A stretch of 64,000 nucleotides of DNA from Pristiophorus japonicus (GCF_044704955.1 NC_091991.1:132990001-133054000), one strand, 5' to 3'; shown: positions 50,356-64,000, counted from the stretch's first letter. Numbers and translations are program-made. The notes: generated by a model from the letters alone, not told the origin.

Positions 50356-51821
50356 GGGCTCAATTTTCCCCAGTTATCTGTGCCGTTTTTTTGGCATAAC
50401 TTAAAATATCCAAGTTTCCCCAACATTTCTGTGCCAGCGTAACTCAGTTAGTTACAATTTTTTTAGGTTAGGATTTTGTTGCGTCATAGGAAACCTGATG
50501 TTTGTACCAGTTTTTCACATTTAAGCAAATTTGACCAACTTACATTTTTCCAAGGACGACGTATGTGACCACTCCCAAAAAACCTTCTGCGCACTTAAGA
50601 AAAAGCAATGCACATTAAAAAAATCACGCAGAAAGTCGCCATTGTTTTTAGGCAAAGTTTTGGAGGGAGTCAAGAAGTCAAAGAACACGCATCAAAAAGC
50701 TTAATTTTTTCAAACTCAAAAGGAAGAAAATAGAAGTCTAATGCAATTCTTTAATTGCATTGGAGGAGGGGCCAGGTTGGGTGGTATGAGTCGGCTCACA
50801 CAGTGCAGGCAGCAGGCTGATTTGAAGGACCACGATGAATGATAGCACATTGCATCAACCGAAGCGTAGCTGATGGAGACATCCCCATGAACCGAAGCAT
50901 GGCTAGCCCGGCAAGTACTTAACATTTAGCAAAGCCAGACGATGGAATTTGCAGGACTTACTCTCTCCCTCGAGTGTGGGCCCAGCTTGTGCAATGGTGG
51001 TTGCTTTTCTCCAGGCAGAAGCCATCAAAGCAGCGACCCGGTCTTCCAAGTGTGTCAGTGGGTGCAGATTTGCCGGGCCTCCTCCTGTTCGTGTTCTTTC
51101 CCATTTGTTGTGTGCCACCTTCTTCTGCATATATGAAAATCTAACTTTTTAGAGAGGGTGTCTTTCTGCTGGGTGGGACATACAGATGGTCACATTTACT
51201 ATTGCAATTCCAGTGAATAAATGAAAATATTACTTACACTAACTATTTGACCGAGATCCTGCCACTTCTTTTTACACTGGCCTCCAGACTCGGGGTGGTC
51301 ACCATTGCACAGTAATCTTCTGCAAGTAGATTCCAGAGTTTCTTCATTTCTTTTGGTGAAACTTTTATGTGACCTCTGCTGGTGTCCAGCTCGTGCCATC
51401 TGGCCTCAATCACAGTAACTAGTGCCTCCACTTCATCCTGTGAGAAATTCTTGGTCCTTGAGCCACATTGCATATTGTATTGTAGATCCGATTTTTCCAC
51501 TGTGAATTAAAGTTCTCACACACAACTGGCTCTTTAAAAATGGCCGAATGCGGACCGTGAGCTGTACTGGGCATGTGCGCCCATAACATTCACGTAAAAA
51601 AACGGCCTTTTTTTTCACGTATGTGCAAAAGGGGTGGGCGTCGTTTTTTCGGCGCAGACATTAGGCTCCACCCCCTAAAGCTGAAGGACAGGCTGCGCAG
51701 CACCAATTTCAAAAATAGAACGGGGAAACTTGGTACTTTTTTTTTGAAATAGTCAGGGCGAAAAAAAACGGGCATAACTCTTGCAACACGCCAAAAAATG
51801 GCATTGGTGAAAATTGAGCCC
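50356..51821 (-). mobile_element. Internally deleted Harbinger of the same family as 45066, opposite orientation
   Basis: TIRs gggctcaattttc / gaaaattgagccc; flanks aat/aaa; retains Myb exons 1-2 without the CR1 insert. Confidence 0.88.
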
Positions 51822-51859
51822 AAAGAGTGATATATTTCCAAGTACCCTGTAGATCGGTG

Positions 51860-52172
51860 CTAGCTTGGCCACAGTACGGTGATTGTAGAAAGCGTCCTTA
51901 CATTCACCAAACTATTTATTTCCAAGGTGGTGGAGGTCACGGGTTTGGGGAATTGTGCCTCGTAGGTGGTGGAGAGGCTTTGGGGAATCAGGAGGTGAGA
52001 CACTTGCTGTAGGATACCAACCATCTGACCTGCTCTTATGTGGCTGGTCCAGTTGAGTTTCTGATTAGTGGCGACCCCCGAGATCTCGATACTGCGGAAT
52101 TTCATGATGGTAAAGTCATTGAATGTCAAGGAGAGGTGGATAGGCCCAATCTTGTTGGAGATTGTCACTCAC
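51860..52172 (-). mobile_element. Degenerate CR1-group RT C-terminal fragment
   Basis: ISGVATNQKLNWTSHI..GILQQVSHLLIPQSLSTTYEAQ. Confidence 0.6.
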
Positions 52173-52285
52173 TCCCCTTTAATTGTACACAGCTCTTTAA
52201 ATTTTGCATTACTTCAAATGTAATCCACCAGTTATAATGCATGTCCTGAGGACATGATGCATTGCTCTATAAATGCAAGTTCTTT

Positions 52286-52976
52286 GGGGTCGAAATTGCC
52301 CTGCGTCCCAATTGGGGGCGGCAACCAGCTGCACTGGGCCCATGCTGCTGAATTAGGCTTACCGCCCCTCAAAGGAAGGGGAACGCTAACAGGGCGGAAC
52401 AAACTTTCTCGCACTTCACCTCCTTTAGGGGCAGTTCCTGGGGCGCTACTGGGGCAGTGAGTGAAGCGCTAGGCAGAGGTTTCTTCACGTAAAGGGGTGG
52501 GCCAGTGCGCACTCTGCCCCTAGGCCACCAGGGCAGCGTGGTACCGGGCCTGCAGCCTGGCACCCAAAACTGAATGCCGGGATGCACGATGGCGGCCCAG
52601 ACCACACTAAGGCCACCATCCTGGAGCCAACTCGAGAGTCGGCAATCCAGAAAAGATGGTGGTGCGGGGCGCTGGCGCTCTCCCCTTTAAGTACTGCCCT
52701 GCGAGCAGATGTCAGCCAGCTTTGCGACCCATGGGCAATTCCCCCCCTTTGGGCCGTAAGCGGTCAGGGGTCAGCGCACATGGCGATGACACCATCGCCG
52801 GTTGCGCGGCGGCTCAAGATGCTAAACACGGCGATGCCATGGCAGCGCTTTTTCAAACTCCCAGGCAATATCCCGGGAGCCAGTAGCCCCCCACCCCCGG
52901 GCAAAAAGTTTGTTCCGCCTGTTAGCGCCCCCCGAAGGTGCTAACTGGCCTCTATAAAAGGGGTAATTTCGCCCCC
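52286..52976. mobile_element. Harbinger-type MITE
   Basis: TIRs ggggtcgaaattgccc / gggtaatttcgccccc; GC-rich non-coding interior; flanks ttt/tta. Confidence 0.75.
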
Positions 52977-55067
52977 TTAGTTTCTAATTGTTGCCTAAAT
53001 TGTAGCTGTATCAGAAAATCTAGGCTGTACCGTGTCCTAGAAGTGCTATTTGCTTTCTCAAAAATTTAGATATGTTTTTGTTTTACAGTCAGTCCTGCTT
53101 TATGCAACCAGGAGTGCACTTGCTGTAGATCCTTCAGGTAGTCCACTGTCATGGGTAATATCATCTGTGTACACAATAAAATAACTGTAAATTAAATTAA
53201 CCAGCACAGAATTCATAGCCTGCTGAAAACACAGTAGGCTAAATGCTGCTGCCTTGAATTAGAACAAACCTAGGCTGGAGTGAAATGCCATCTCGGACCT
53301 CCTGTCAGGATGTACAGCCACTTAACAATATCCAGAGGCCAAGTCCCGTGTACTAATCATTCACTTGAGACAAATAATTTTTTGTCCTACACAGTATTCG
53401 CATCCTACTTGGCAACAAATTCAAAGTGTTCTTCAATGTCCTTGGATAAAGGCAGGTTTCTACATAATTGCCCCCTACCTTACTTTGCACCTCCCCAGTG
53501 TGTTGTGCAGTAAACATAGCTAAAGGGTTCTGTCTTTTGATGGCTCTATCTACAGGTTTCTGTCTGATGGAAACCATGCCTATACTGAAAAATGAAATCA
53601 TGACCGAGCAGGGAAGATGCTGAAAAATTCTCAATTGATAGACAGCCCTGACTGAATTTTCCCCGCCAGCATTCAAATTGTATACCAGCCATCTAAGTGG
53701 GTCTGGTGCTCGGGGGATTTCCCATTATAATGGCTGATCAATCCTGGAATATCCTTGACAAGTTCTTCCCTTATCACAAAGAATATTGCACATGTCCAGT
53801 AGGGCGATGAATTATCGAATATTAATGTGGATAGTCAGGTGTGGGCTCTGTTTGTGAAGTTGTCATTTTCCTTCAAGACTGCAAATAAAGTTGAATTCTG
53901 TTGTTCGACTATGATCAATCACAGTTTTTGTATTGGTTCTCGCTTGCTGCAAAACCTTAAAGGGAGTCATTGTCCTTTCTCTGGCTATGATTAACTTTTC
54001 CCCTAGGCAAAAATGGTTCTGAGGAGTTGTTCTGTGTAATGTATGTAAACTTGTAATGTTTGTAGCTCCACACTGTGGATGTGGACATATTGTGTACTGC
54101 AACAACAGAGTTAATAATAAACAGAACAAATAATATGTTCCGGAGGCTTCCGACAGAGCTGCCTGCCATGTTAGAAGCTGTGTGTGCTGTGCTGTGTGAA
54201 TATATCACATACTGCAATTGCAAGGTTGTGTACACTATAGCCAAAATATTTCAATGTATTTTGGTATTTCAAGGTAAACCTGGGAATTACTGAGATTTGA
54301 TATGTCTGCAGGGGGTGATGACAAGCTTATGAACAGTGCTAGCAGGAGTACTCAAACAGTGGGTAGTGATGCAACAGGCCATAGCTTTCTTGCTAGGATT
54401 TCCTGTTGGACAACAACATCTTTGCCAGGAGTTCAAAACATCTGTTTAAATAATTTGGATCATTCCTCCCCAATCCTAATTTTACCTTGGCAAACTGCAA
54501 ACCACTGGTGAGGTTTCCCTTCCAGATAACAAATGACTTGGGAAATGATTCAGGAGTAACTTATCCGCACCCTTTCTTTACATATTCGCATCTGAATAAG
54601 CCAGCCACTTGGAGACTGTGTTCCATTGATATCCATTTCTAACGAGAGGTTGCTCTATCAGGAAGCATGCCTGGACTTGGGTATCAAACTGGGTCTGCCT
54701 ACTGGCCAGGCTTCCTCGGCAGGGCTAAGGTAGATACTCACAGGTGCATACATTACACCATCTCCACCATATCAATCGCCAGGTTTACAGCAGAACAAGC
54801 AGAAATAAAACATCTCTACCAGGCTTAATGTTAACGTTAAACAAAGACTAAACAAAAAGAGATTCCGTTTTAGCTCTGGCTGCATCCAGTGGTACTTTAA
54901 CTGATCCTACAATTACATGGAAATTTGTATCCAAATAACTAAGATTCCAAACAACCCATCAATGGATATAGCTATGCTCTTTCTCTCCCCAGCCCCTACT
55001 CTACATAAAAATAATGACCATTTCGAAAGTAATTATTTGGCTCTGAAGTGCTGTGAGATGTCCTAAA

Positions 55068-55482
55068 CTTGCACTGAATGTACAGCACAGAAACAGGCCT
55101 TTCGGTCCAACTGGTCTTTGCTGGTGTTATGCGCCACACCAGCCTCTTTCCACCTTCAACCAACCCTATCTGGATATACTTCAATCTCTTTCTCCCTCAT
55201 CTACTTATGTAGCTTCCCTTTAAAGGCCCCTTTGCTATTCAGCTCAACTACTCCATGTGGTAGCAAGTTCCACATTCTAACTGGGTGAAGAAGCTTTTCC
55301 TGAATTCTTTACTGGATTTATTAGTGACTATCTTATATTTATGGACCCTAGTTTTGGGCTTCCCTCCAGAGGAAACATCTTCTCTACATCTACCCTATCA
55401 AGCTCCTTCATAATGTTAAAAACCTCTATTAGGTCTTCCCTCAGCCTTCTCCTTTCTAGAGTGAAGAGCCCCAGCCTGTTCA
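55068..55482 (-). mobile_element. CR1 3' fragment (third, older subfamily), followed by a SINE/L2-type tail at ~55490-55530
   Basis: LNRLGLFTLERRRLREDLIEVFNIMK. Confidence 0.75.
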
Positions 55483-55810
55483 GTGTAACAAACTTGTGAA
55501 AGGTGCTATATAAATGCAAGTTCTTCTTTCTTGGAGTAGAATCTACCAGATGTACCAAACTGTAATACCCAGTACCTTAACTGTTATAATGCCTGATTTG
55601 CCAGCAGTCATTTTTCAGCCTGTAATGAGTGGTTTAACATTTTCACCAAACATCAATCCTACGTTTTAGAAAGTACAGTTTTATACATTCCACAATAATT
55701 TGGCCTTCTTCTGTATCACATTTCAAACATGCAAGACTGTCATTCTGAGGAGATTTAAAAGTTTGAATATGCCAGAAATAAATGTTAGAAAGCAGTCTAT
55801 ATGTGACAAT

Positions 55811-58800
55811 GGGCTAGAACCTCCACTTTTTTTGTATGCTTAACGCCCACTCAAAGCCCATTTTACTGCTGAAATGACACAAAATGGAAACTGACGGGCT
55901 TTTTTAGGAGACTTATCGCCGAGCGTTATCTTCCCAATGGGCTTAACGGCGGAAAGAAATATTACCACCCGCCCACTTTTCTTCGACGGAATCAGCAGAA
56001 TGGGCGAAAGCAATGGCTATAATATCGCCCAGCGTTACTTTCCACACGGAATTAACGCCGAGATTCAATGCCTGCTCACTGTTTTTTGTCATGAAGAGCA
56101 TATTTACCCAAACTAGCGGCCATGGAGATCGCCCATCGTCAATTTCACCACCTCGCTCACATATCGCCCATAATATCGCTCGCTCAAAAAGCTGCCCACA
56201 AAAAGTGGAACTAACCGGAACGAATGCCAGCGCTGTGGCTGGAATTTGTTAAATCCCACTCTTATGTGAGGAGCTGTTATCGGAAAGATTTGCCTGAAAG
56301 AGCGCTGATGTGGGAGACAACGCTGACACACTGCTGTTTGTGTGCACCTCAGACATCAATGGTGCCCATCACCTTGGTGCCAGTTAAAGTTTACATTGAT
56401 TGATGTTAAGTTGGTTTTAACCCTTTCCTGGTAAGGAACCACCAGTGTGTAACGGTCCAGCTATCTGAGACAATGCGCAACAAGGTTATGTTCAATAACA
56501 AAACTTTAATACCGACATTGGTCTGAAATCATAAGTATTACAGCCAATAACACCCAACCCCCGCCCACACCCCATTGGTTAAAGAGGAGATTAATGCAAT
56601 AGTTAGGAAGGACATTAGCTTGGATGATGTGGAATCTATATGGGTAGAGCTGCTGAACACCAAAGTCAAAAAACGTTAGTGGGAGTTGTGTACAGACCTC
56701 CAAACAGTAGTAGTGATGTTGGGGGGGGGCATCAAACAGGAAATTAGGGGTGCATGCAATAAAGGTGCAGCAATTATAATGGGTGACTTTAATAGGCACA
56801 TAGATTGGGCTAACCAAACTGGAAGCAATACGGTGGAGGAGGATTTCCTGGAGTGCATAAGGGATCGTTTTCTAGACCAATATGTCGAGGAGCCAACTAG
56901 GGGGGAGGCTATCTTAGACTGGGTGTTGTGTAATGAGAGAGGATTAATTAGCAATCTCGTTGTGCGAGGCCCCTTGGGGAAGAGTGACCATAATATGGTG
57001 GAATTCTACATTAGGATGGAGAATGAAACAGTTAATTCAGAGACCATGGTCCAGAACTAAAAGAAGGGTAACTTTGAAGGTATGAGGCGTGAATTGGCTA
57101 GGATAGATTGGCGAATGATACTTAAGGGGTTGACTGTGGATGGGCAATGGCAGACATTTAGAGACCGCATGGATGAACTACAACAATTGTACATTCCTGT
57201 CTGGCGTAAAAATAAAAAAGGGAAGGTGGCTCAACCGTGGCTATCAAGGGAAATCAGGGATAGTATTAAAGCCAAGGAAGTGGCATACAAATTGGCCAGA
57301 AATAGCAGCGAACCCAGGGACTGGGAGAAATTTAGAACTCAGCAGAGGAGGACAAAGGGTTTGATTAGGGCAGGGAAAATGGAGTACGAGAAGAAGCTTG
57401 CAGGGAACATTAAGACGGATTGCAAAAGTTTCTATAGATATGTAAAGAGAAAAAGGTTGGTAAAGACAAACGTAGGTCCCCTGCAGTCAGAATCAGGGGA
57501 AGTCATAATGGGGAACAAAGAAATGGCAGACCAATTGAACAAGTACTTTGGTTCGATATTCACTAAGGAGGACACAAACAACCTTCCAGATATAAAAGGG
57601 GTCAGAGGGTCTAGTAAGGAGGAGGAACTGAGGGAAATCCTTATTAGTCGGGAAATTGTGTTGGGGAAATTGATGGGATTGAAGGCCGATAAATCCCCAG
57701 GGCCTGATGGACTGCATCCGAGAGTACTTAAGAAGGTGGCCATGGAAATCGCGGATGCATTGACAGTTATTTTCCAACATTCCATTGACTCTGAATCAGT
57801 TCCTATCGAGTGGAGGGTAGCCAATGTAACCCCACTTTTTAAAAAAGGAGGGAGAGAGAAAACAGGGAATTATAGACCGGTCAGCCTGACATCAGTAGTG
57901 GATAAAATGATGGAATCAATTATTAAGGATGTCATAGCAGCGCATTTGGAAAGAAGTGACATGATAGGTCCAAGTCAGCATGGATTTGTGAAAGGGAAAT
58001 CATGCTTGACAAATCTTCTGGAATTTTTTGAGGATGTTTCCAGTCGAGTGGACAAGGGAGAACCAGTTGATGTGGTATATTTGGACTTTCAGAAGGCTTT
58101 CGACAAGGTCCCACACAAGAGATTAATGTGCAAAGTTAAAGCACATGGGATTGGGGGTAGTGTGCTGACATGGATTGAGAACTGGTTGTCAGACAGGAAG
58201 CAAAGAGTAGGAGTAAATGGGTACTTTTCAGAATGGCAGGCAGTGACTAGTGGGGTACCGCAAGGTTCTGTAATGGGGCCCCAGCTGTTTACACTGTACA
58301 TTAATGATTTAGACGAGGGGATTAAATGTAGTATCTCCAAATTTGAGGATGACACTAAGTTGGGTGGCAGTGTGGGCTGCGAGGAGGATGCTATGAGGCT
58401 GCAGAGTGACTTGGATAGGTTAGGTGAGTGGGCAAATGCATGGCAGATGAAGTATAATGTGGATAAATGTGAGGTTATCCACTTTGGTGGTAAAAACAGA
58501 GAGACAGACTATTATCTGAATGGTGACAGATTAGGAAAAGGGGAGGTGCAACGAGACCTGGGTGTCATGGTACATCAGTCATTGAAGGTTGGCATGCAGG
58601 TACAGCAGGCGGTTAAGAAAGCAAATGGCATGTTGGCCTTCATAGCGAGGGGATTTGAGTACAGGGGCAGGGAGGTGTTGCTACAGTTGTACAGGGCCTT
58701 GGTGAGGCCACACCTGGAGTATTGTGTACAGTTTTGGTCTCCTAACTTGAGGAAGGACATTCTTGCTATTGAGGGAGTGCAGCGAAGGTTCACCAGACTG

Positions 58801-60205
58801 ATTCCCGGGATGGCGGGACTGACCTATCAAGAAAGACTGGATCAACTGGGCTTGTATTCACTGGAGTTCAGAAGAATGAGAGGGGATCTCATAGAAACTT
58901 TTAAAATTCTGATGGGTTCAGACAGGTTAGATGCAGGAAGAATGTTCCCAATGTTGGGGAAGTCCAGAACCAGGGGTCACAGTCTAAGGATAAGGGACAA
59001 GCCATTTAGGACCGAGATGAGGAGAAACTTCTTCACCCAGAGAGTGGTGAACCTGTGGAATTCTCTGCCACAGAAAGTTGTTGAGACCAATTTACTAAAT
59101 ATATTCAAAAAGGAGTTAGATGAAGTCCTTAGTACTAGGGGGATCAAGGGGTATGGCGAGAAAGCAGGAATGGGGTACTGAAGTTGAATGTTCAGCCATG
59201 AACTCATTGAATGGCGGTGCAGGCTAGAAGGGCCGAATGGCCTAATCCTGCACCTATTTTCTATGTTTCTATGTTTTCCTCCATTGACATAAATTACATG
59301 TTCAACATGTCCAGCAACACAGAATACAAAAGCAAAGCAGGAGCATGGTCTCCAGCCCCCATACATTGCAACAAATTGCATACACACAAATGGAGAGATA
59401 ACAGAGCCATCACCTGCGCACATGCACCTCACCTTCCTTCCCCCCTCTCCTTCTTCTCCCCACCTCTACCTCGTCCCCTCCTCGCTCCATGGTGCCTGGC
59501 CAAGGAGCACCTCAAGCGGTGCCTCATTGGGGGGGGTGAAGGTAGATGTGGTGGTTGCACGGGTACGGGCGCGGTGGGTGCCGAGGGGGCAACATTCTCT
59601 GATGCAGAAGCAGGATCTTGGTCCTTGTTCTCATCTGCCATTCGCAGTGGTGGTGCGGAACCTAGGGGTGGAGTGCCGCGCTCAGGGACCACTGGGAGGT
59701 CTGTGGCAGCAGTGTTCTTGGCTACCAGCTAAAGGGCCTCCTCCATCCCTTCCATGTTATATCTTAATTGTTGGACAAAAACTCGGTGCCAACTATGTTC
59801 TTGGTGCTTAGTAGGCTTTTTGCTCCTGATGAATCTCTGTTGTGCTGCCCACAACAGCCTGACAAACACACACCACAGCCACAGATGCTTTCAGTGCCTC
59901 TGAGCTCCCTCTCACTCTGTCTCCTCTTCTGCGCATGTCATGATGACCCTTGATCTTCTGAAATGTGGGAATCGAGCATTGCCATGCCGTTGCTAAGGAC
60001 GGCCATACTTTAAGGCAGAAGGTCCAAAAAAGTTAACGCTACTGCCCACTTGATATCGCTCGCAGTAACGCCCATTTTCAAAAATATAAACTAGGTGTTT
60101 TGAGAATGAGCGAGAAGCCGGCAATCTGAAAACCCTTTTTCAACGCCCATGCCGGAAATAATGCCCATTTTAGGGCGCTAAGCACAACAGTGGAGGTTCT
60201 AGCCC
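55811..60205. mobile_element. Non-autonomous Harbinger with nested CR1
   Basis: Perfect 17-bp TIR gggctagaacctccact / agtggaggttctagccc; perfect 3-bp TSD AAT. Confidence 0.9.
56575..59273 (+). mobile_element. Young CR1 LINE, 5'-truncated within the endonuclease; 699-aa open RT frame at 57082-59181
   Basis: All CR1 RT motifs are present but FADD reads FEDD; stop at 57058; near-identical to the 1751-3233 copy. Confidence 0.95.
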
Positions 60206-61016
60206 AATGTATTTCAATAAGAAAATGATTTTCTGCCTGCTTCTTCATGAGTCAAAAGGTCACTTGACTAAACCCAACTTGCTGGTTGAAAACTATTGGC
60301 CTCACTATCTGCCCACATTGAATAAAGTTATTTTTCTTCAGGTGCCAGTTTTAAATATCAATGTTAGCACTCGATAACAGGATCTTCAACTTCTTCCAGT
60401 CAAAGCGGTAACTCTGGTGTATTGAATGCAAAAAGACCACTAGACAAATGCTGGGAGCTGTAGTTTTTTGACACTTTCAAGGCCAACGGTTAGCTCTGAC
60501 CTTCTCCACAGCAACACAAACCAGGTCAATTGTGAATGACCAGACTAATCCATACAGAAAATACAGGGATATATGTTCCTGGTCCTGCACTTGGGCACAG
60601 TGAATGCAGGAAGATTGGACATAGCGGAGCACATGCCTATTAGGGAACCAGGTCTATTATTGTCCATGGACGGAACATAGGGTGGACTCCCTTATAAGGC
60701 CGTACTCCCCTCCGATGCAAGCCACTCATTGTGCAGGGGGTGGGGCTTATACGGCATGTGCCTGTTCACATAGTCCCAGTCAGCACGGTAAATTCGTGCT
60801 GTGATCTGATTAAAATAATTCAGATGTGCAGTCAGCGATATCCACGCTATTCTTTGGCTGCCGGCCTGTTTGGGTGGGACCGGCAATTGGGCATTTCTGA
60901 CGTCATTTAAAGGCAGCCAGCACCGCTTAAAGAGGAGGTGCACTTTGGCTGCAGGCAGGAGGAAATGCTGTCAAATGGCTGTGAGGTCCAGACAGGGCAT
61001 CGAGGTTCTCCGATGT

Positions 61017-61370
61017 TAGAAACATAGAAACATAGAAAATAGGTGCAGGAGTAGGCAATTCGGCCCTTTGAGCCTGCACCACCATTCAATAAGATCATGG
61101 CTGATCATCACCTCAGTACCCCTTTCTTGCTTTCTCTCCATAGCCCTTGATCCCTTTAACTGTAAGGGCCATGTCTAACTCCCTCTTGAATATATCCAAT
61201 GAACTGGCATCAAACAACGGTCTGCAGTAGGGAATTCCACAGGTTAACAACTCTCTGAGTGAAGAAGTTTCTCCTCATCTCAGTCCTAAATGACTTACCC
61301 CTAATCCTTAGACTATGTTCCCTGGTTCTGGGCTTCCCCAACATCGGGAACATTCTTCCTGCATCTAACT
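61017..61370 (-). mobile_element. CR1 3' fragment
   Basis: (catagaaa)n tail and ORF2 C-terminus. Confidence 0.9.
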
Positions 61371-64000
61371 GTTGAGGGGGATGACTCATCAGGGGAGAGC
61401 AGCAGCAGCCAAGTTCATGGCACCATGGGTGGCTCTACTGCACAGGAGGGCAGGAAAAAGAGTGGGAGAGCTATAGTGATAGGGGATTTGATTGTAAGGA
61501 GAAGAGATAGGTGTTTCTGCGGCCGCAACCGAGACTCCAGGATGGTATGTTGCCTCCCTGGTGCAAGGATCAAGGATGCCTCGCAGCAGGTGCAGGACAT
61601 ACTGAAAAGGGAGGGTGAACAGCCAGTTGTCGTGGTGCATATAGGTACCAAAGATATAGGTAAAAAATGGGATGAGGTTCTACAAGACGAATTTAGAGAG
61701 CTAGAAGCTAAATTAAAAAGTAGGACCTCAAAAGTAGTAATCTCAGGATTGCTACCAGTGCCACGTGCTAGTCAGAGTAGGAATCGCAGGATAGCTCAGA
61801 TGAATACGTGGCTTGAGGCATGGTGCAAAAGGGAGGGATTCAAATTCCTGGGACATTGGAACCGGTTCTGGGGGAGGTGGGACCAGTACAAACCGGACGG
61901 TCTGCACCTGGGCAGGACCGGAGCCAATGTCCTAGGGGGAGTGTTTGCTAGTGCTGTTGGAGAGGAGGTAAACTAACATGGCAGGGGGATGGGAACCTAT
62001 GCAGGGAGACAGAGGGAAATAAAATGGAGGCAGAAAAAAAAGATAGAAAGGAGAAAAGTAAAATTGGAGGGCAGAGAAACCCAAGGCAAAAAACAAAAAG
62101 GGCCACATTACAGCAAAATTCTAAAGGGGCAAAGTGTGTTAAAAAGACAAGCCTGAAGGCTCTGTGCCTCAATGCGAGGAGTATTCGGAATAAGGTGGAC
62201 GAATTAACTGCGCAGACAGCAGTTAACGGATATGATGTAAATGGCATCACGGAGACATGGCTCCAGGGTGACTAAGGCTGGGAACTCAACATCCAGGGGT
62301 ATTAAACATTTAGGAAGGATAGGCAGAGAGGAAAAGGAGGCGGGGTGGCGTTGCTAGTTAAAGAGGAAATTAATGCAATAGTAAGGAGGGACATTAGCCT
62401 GGATCATGTGGAATCGGTATGGGTGGAGCTGCGGAATACCAAAGGGCAGAAAATGCTAGTGGGAGTTGTGTACAGTCCACCAAACAGTTGTAGTGAGGTT
62501 GGGGACAGCATCAAACAATGAAATTAGGGATGCGTGCAATAAAGATACTGCAGTTATCACGGGCGACTTTAATCTACATATTGATTGGGCTAACCTAACT
62601 GCTAGCAATGCGGTGGAGGAGGATTTCCTGGAGTGTATTTGGGATGGTTTTCTCGAGCAATATGTCGAGGAACCAACTAGAGAGCTGGCCATCCTAGACT
62701 GGGTGATGTGTAATGAGAAGTGGCTAATTAGTAATCTTGTTGTGCGAGGCCCCTTGGGAAAGCGAGTTCATAATATGGTAGAATTCTTTATTAAGATGGA
62801 TAGTGACACAGTTAATTTGGAAACTAGGGTCCTGAACTTAAGGAAAGGTAACTTCGACGGTATGAGGCGTGAACTGGGTAAAATAGACTGGCGAATGATA
62901 CTTAAAGGGTTGACGGTGGATAGACAATGGCAAACATTTAAAGAATACATGGATGAACTTCATCAATTGTACATCCTGATCTGGAGTCAAAATAAAATGG
63001 GGAAGATGGCTCAACCGTGGCTAACAAAGGAAATTAAGGATAATGTTAAAACCAAGGAAGAGGCATATAAATTGGCTAGAAAAGGCAACAAACCTGAGGA
63101 CTGGGAGCAATTTAGAATTCAACAGAGGAGGACTAAGGATTTAATTAAGAGGGGGAAAATAAATTACAAGAGAAAGCTTGCAGGGAACATAAAAACTGAC
63201 TGCAAAAGCTTCTATAAATATGTGAAGAGAAAAAGATTAGTGAAGACAAACGTAAGTCTCTTGCAGTCAGAATCAGGTGAATTTATAATGGGGAACAAAG
63301 AAATGGCAGACCAATTGAACAAATACTTCGGTTCTGTCTTCACGAGGGAAGACACAAATAACCTTCCGAATATACTAGGAGATAGTGGGTCTACTGACAA
63401 GGAGACGGGAAATTGTGTTAGGTGGGAAATTGTTTTAGGGAAATTGATGGGATTGAAGGCCGATAAATCCCCAGGGCCTGATAGTCTACATCCCAGAGTA
63501 CTTAAGGAAGTGGCCCTAGAAATAGTGGATGCATTGGTGATCATTTTCTAACAGTCTATCGACTCTGGATCAGTTCCTATGCACTGGAGGATAGCTAATG
63601 TAACACCACTTTTTAAAAAAGGAGGGAGAGAGAAAACGTGTAATTATAGACCAGTTAGCCTGACATCAGTAGTGGGGAAAAAGTTGGAATCAATCATTAA
63701 GGATGAAATAGCAGCACATTTGTAAAGCAGTGACAGGATCGGTCCAAGTCAGCATGGATTTATGAAAGGGAAATCATGCTTGACGAATCTTCTGGAGTTT
63801 TTTGAGGATGTAATTAGCAGAGTGGACAAGGGAGAACCAGTGGATGTGGTGTATTTGGACTTTCAAAAGGTTTTTGACAAGGTCCCGCACAAGAAATTGG
63901 TGTGCAAAATCAAAGCGCATGGTATTGGGGGTAATGTATTGACGTGGGTAGAGAACTGGTTGGCAGACAGGAAGCAGAGAGTCGGGATAAACGGGTCCTT
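61371..64000 (+). mobile_element. CR1 LINE including ORF1 SGNH esterase domain (61425-61976) and disrupted ORF2; runs off the window end
   Basis: IVIGDLIVR, CLPGARIKD, VVHIGTKD, DGLHL; then LNARSIRNK, ITETWL, GDFN and RT motifs. Confidence 0.92.

Noticed and set aside
57082-59181. Active CR1 source element
   Set aside because: It is 5'-truncated, has a stop at 57058 and has an altered FEDD motif.

Overview
Eukaryotic, repeat-dominated DNA. The repeat families (CR1 LINEs with octamer tails, tRNA-headed DeuSINE-like SINEs, Penelope, Harbinger) suggest intronic or intergenic sequence of a cartilaginous fish; this assignment is inferred from recalled repeat content, not from a search. I found no supportable host exon; every recognisable ORF is transposon-derived. 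The window holds about 13 CR1 copies or fragments and a full-length, TSD-bounded, CpG-rich Tx1/L1-clade element (21706-28890) at the centre of a four-level nest (SINE > Gypsy > CR1 > Tx1). It also holds several PIF/Harbinger elements and MITEs, a Penelope RT/GIY-YIG remnant, RTE, L2 and Ingi/Vingi fragments, and a long-LTR gag-pro element with a tRNA-Arg-like PBS. The most unusual signals are: (1) three head-to-tail Tx1 3' ends that share one 5' breakpoint and one 15-bp target repeat but have different 3' UTRs; (2) a covarying multi-hairpin Tx1 3' UTR that loops out an internal A-tract and has no terminal poly(A); (3) Penelope-type minimal hammerhead ribozyme remnants; (4) a twin-primed RTE insertion. 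Coordinates were counted by eye, and boundaries of degenerate elements are approximate.
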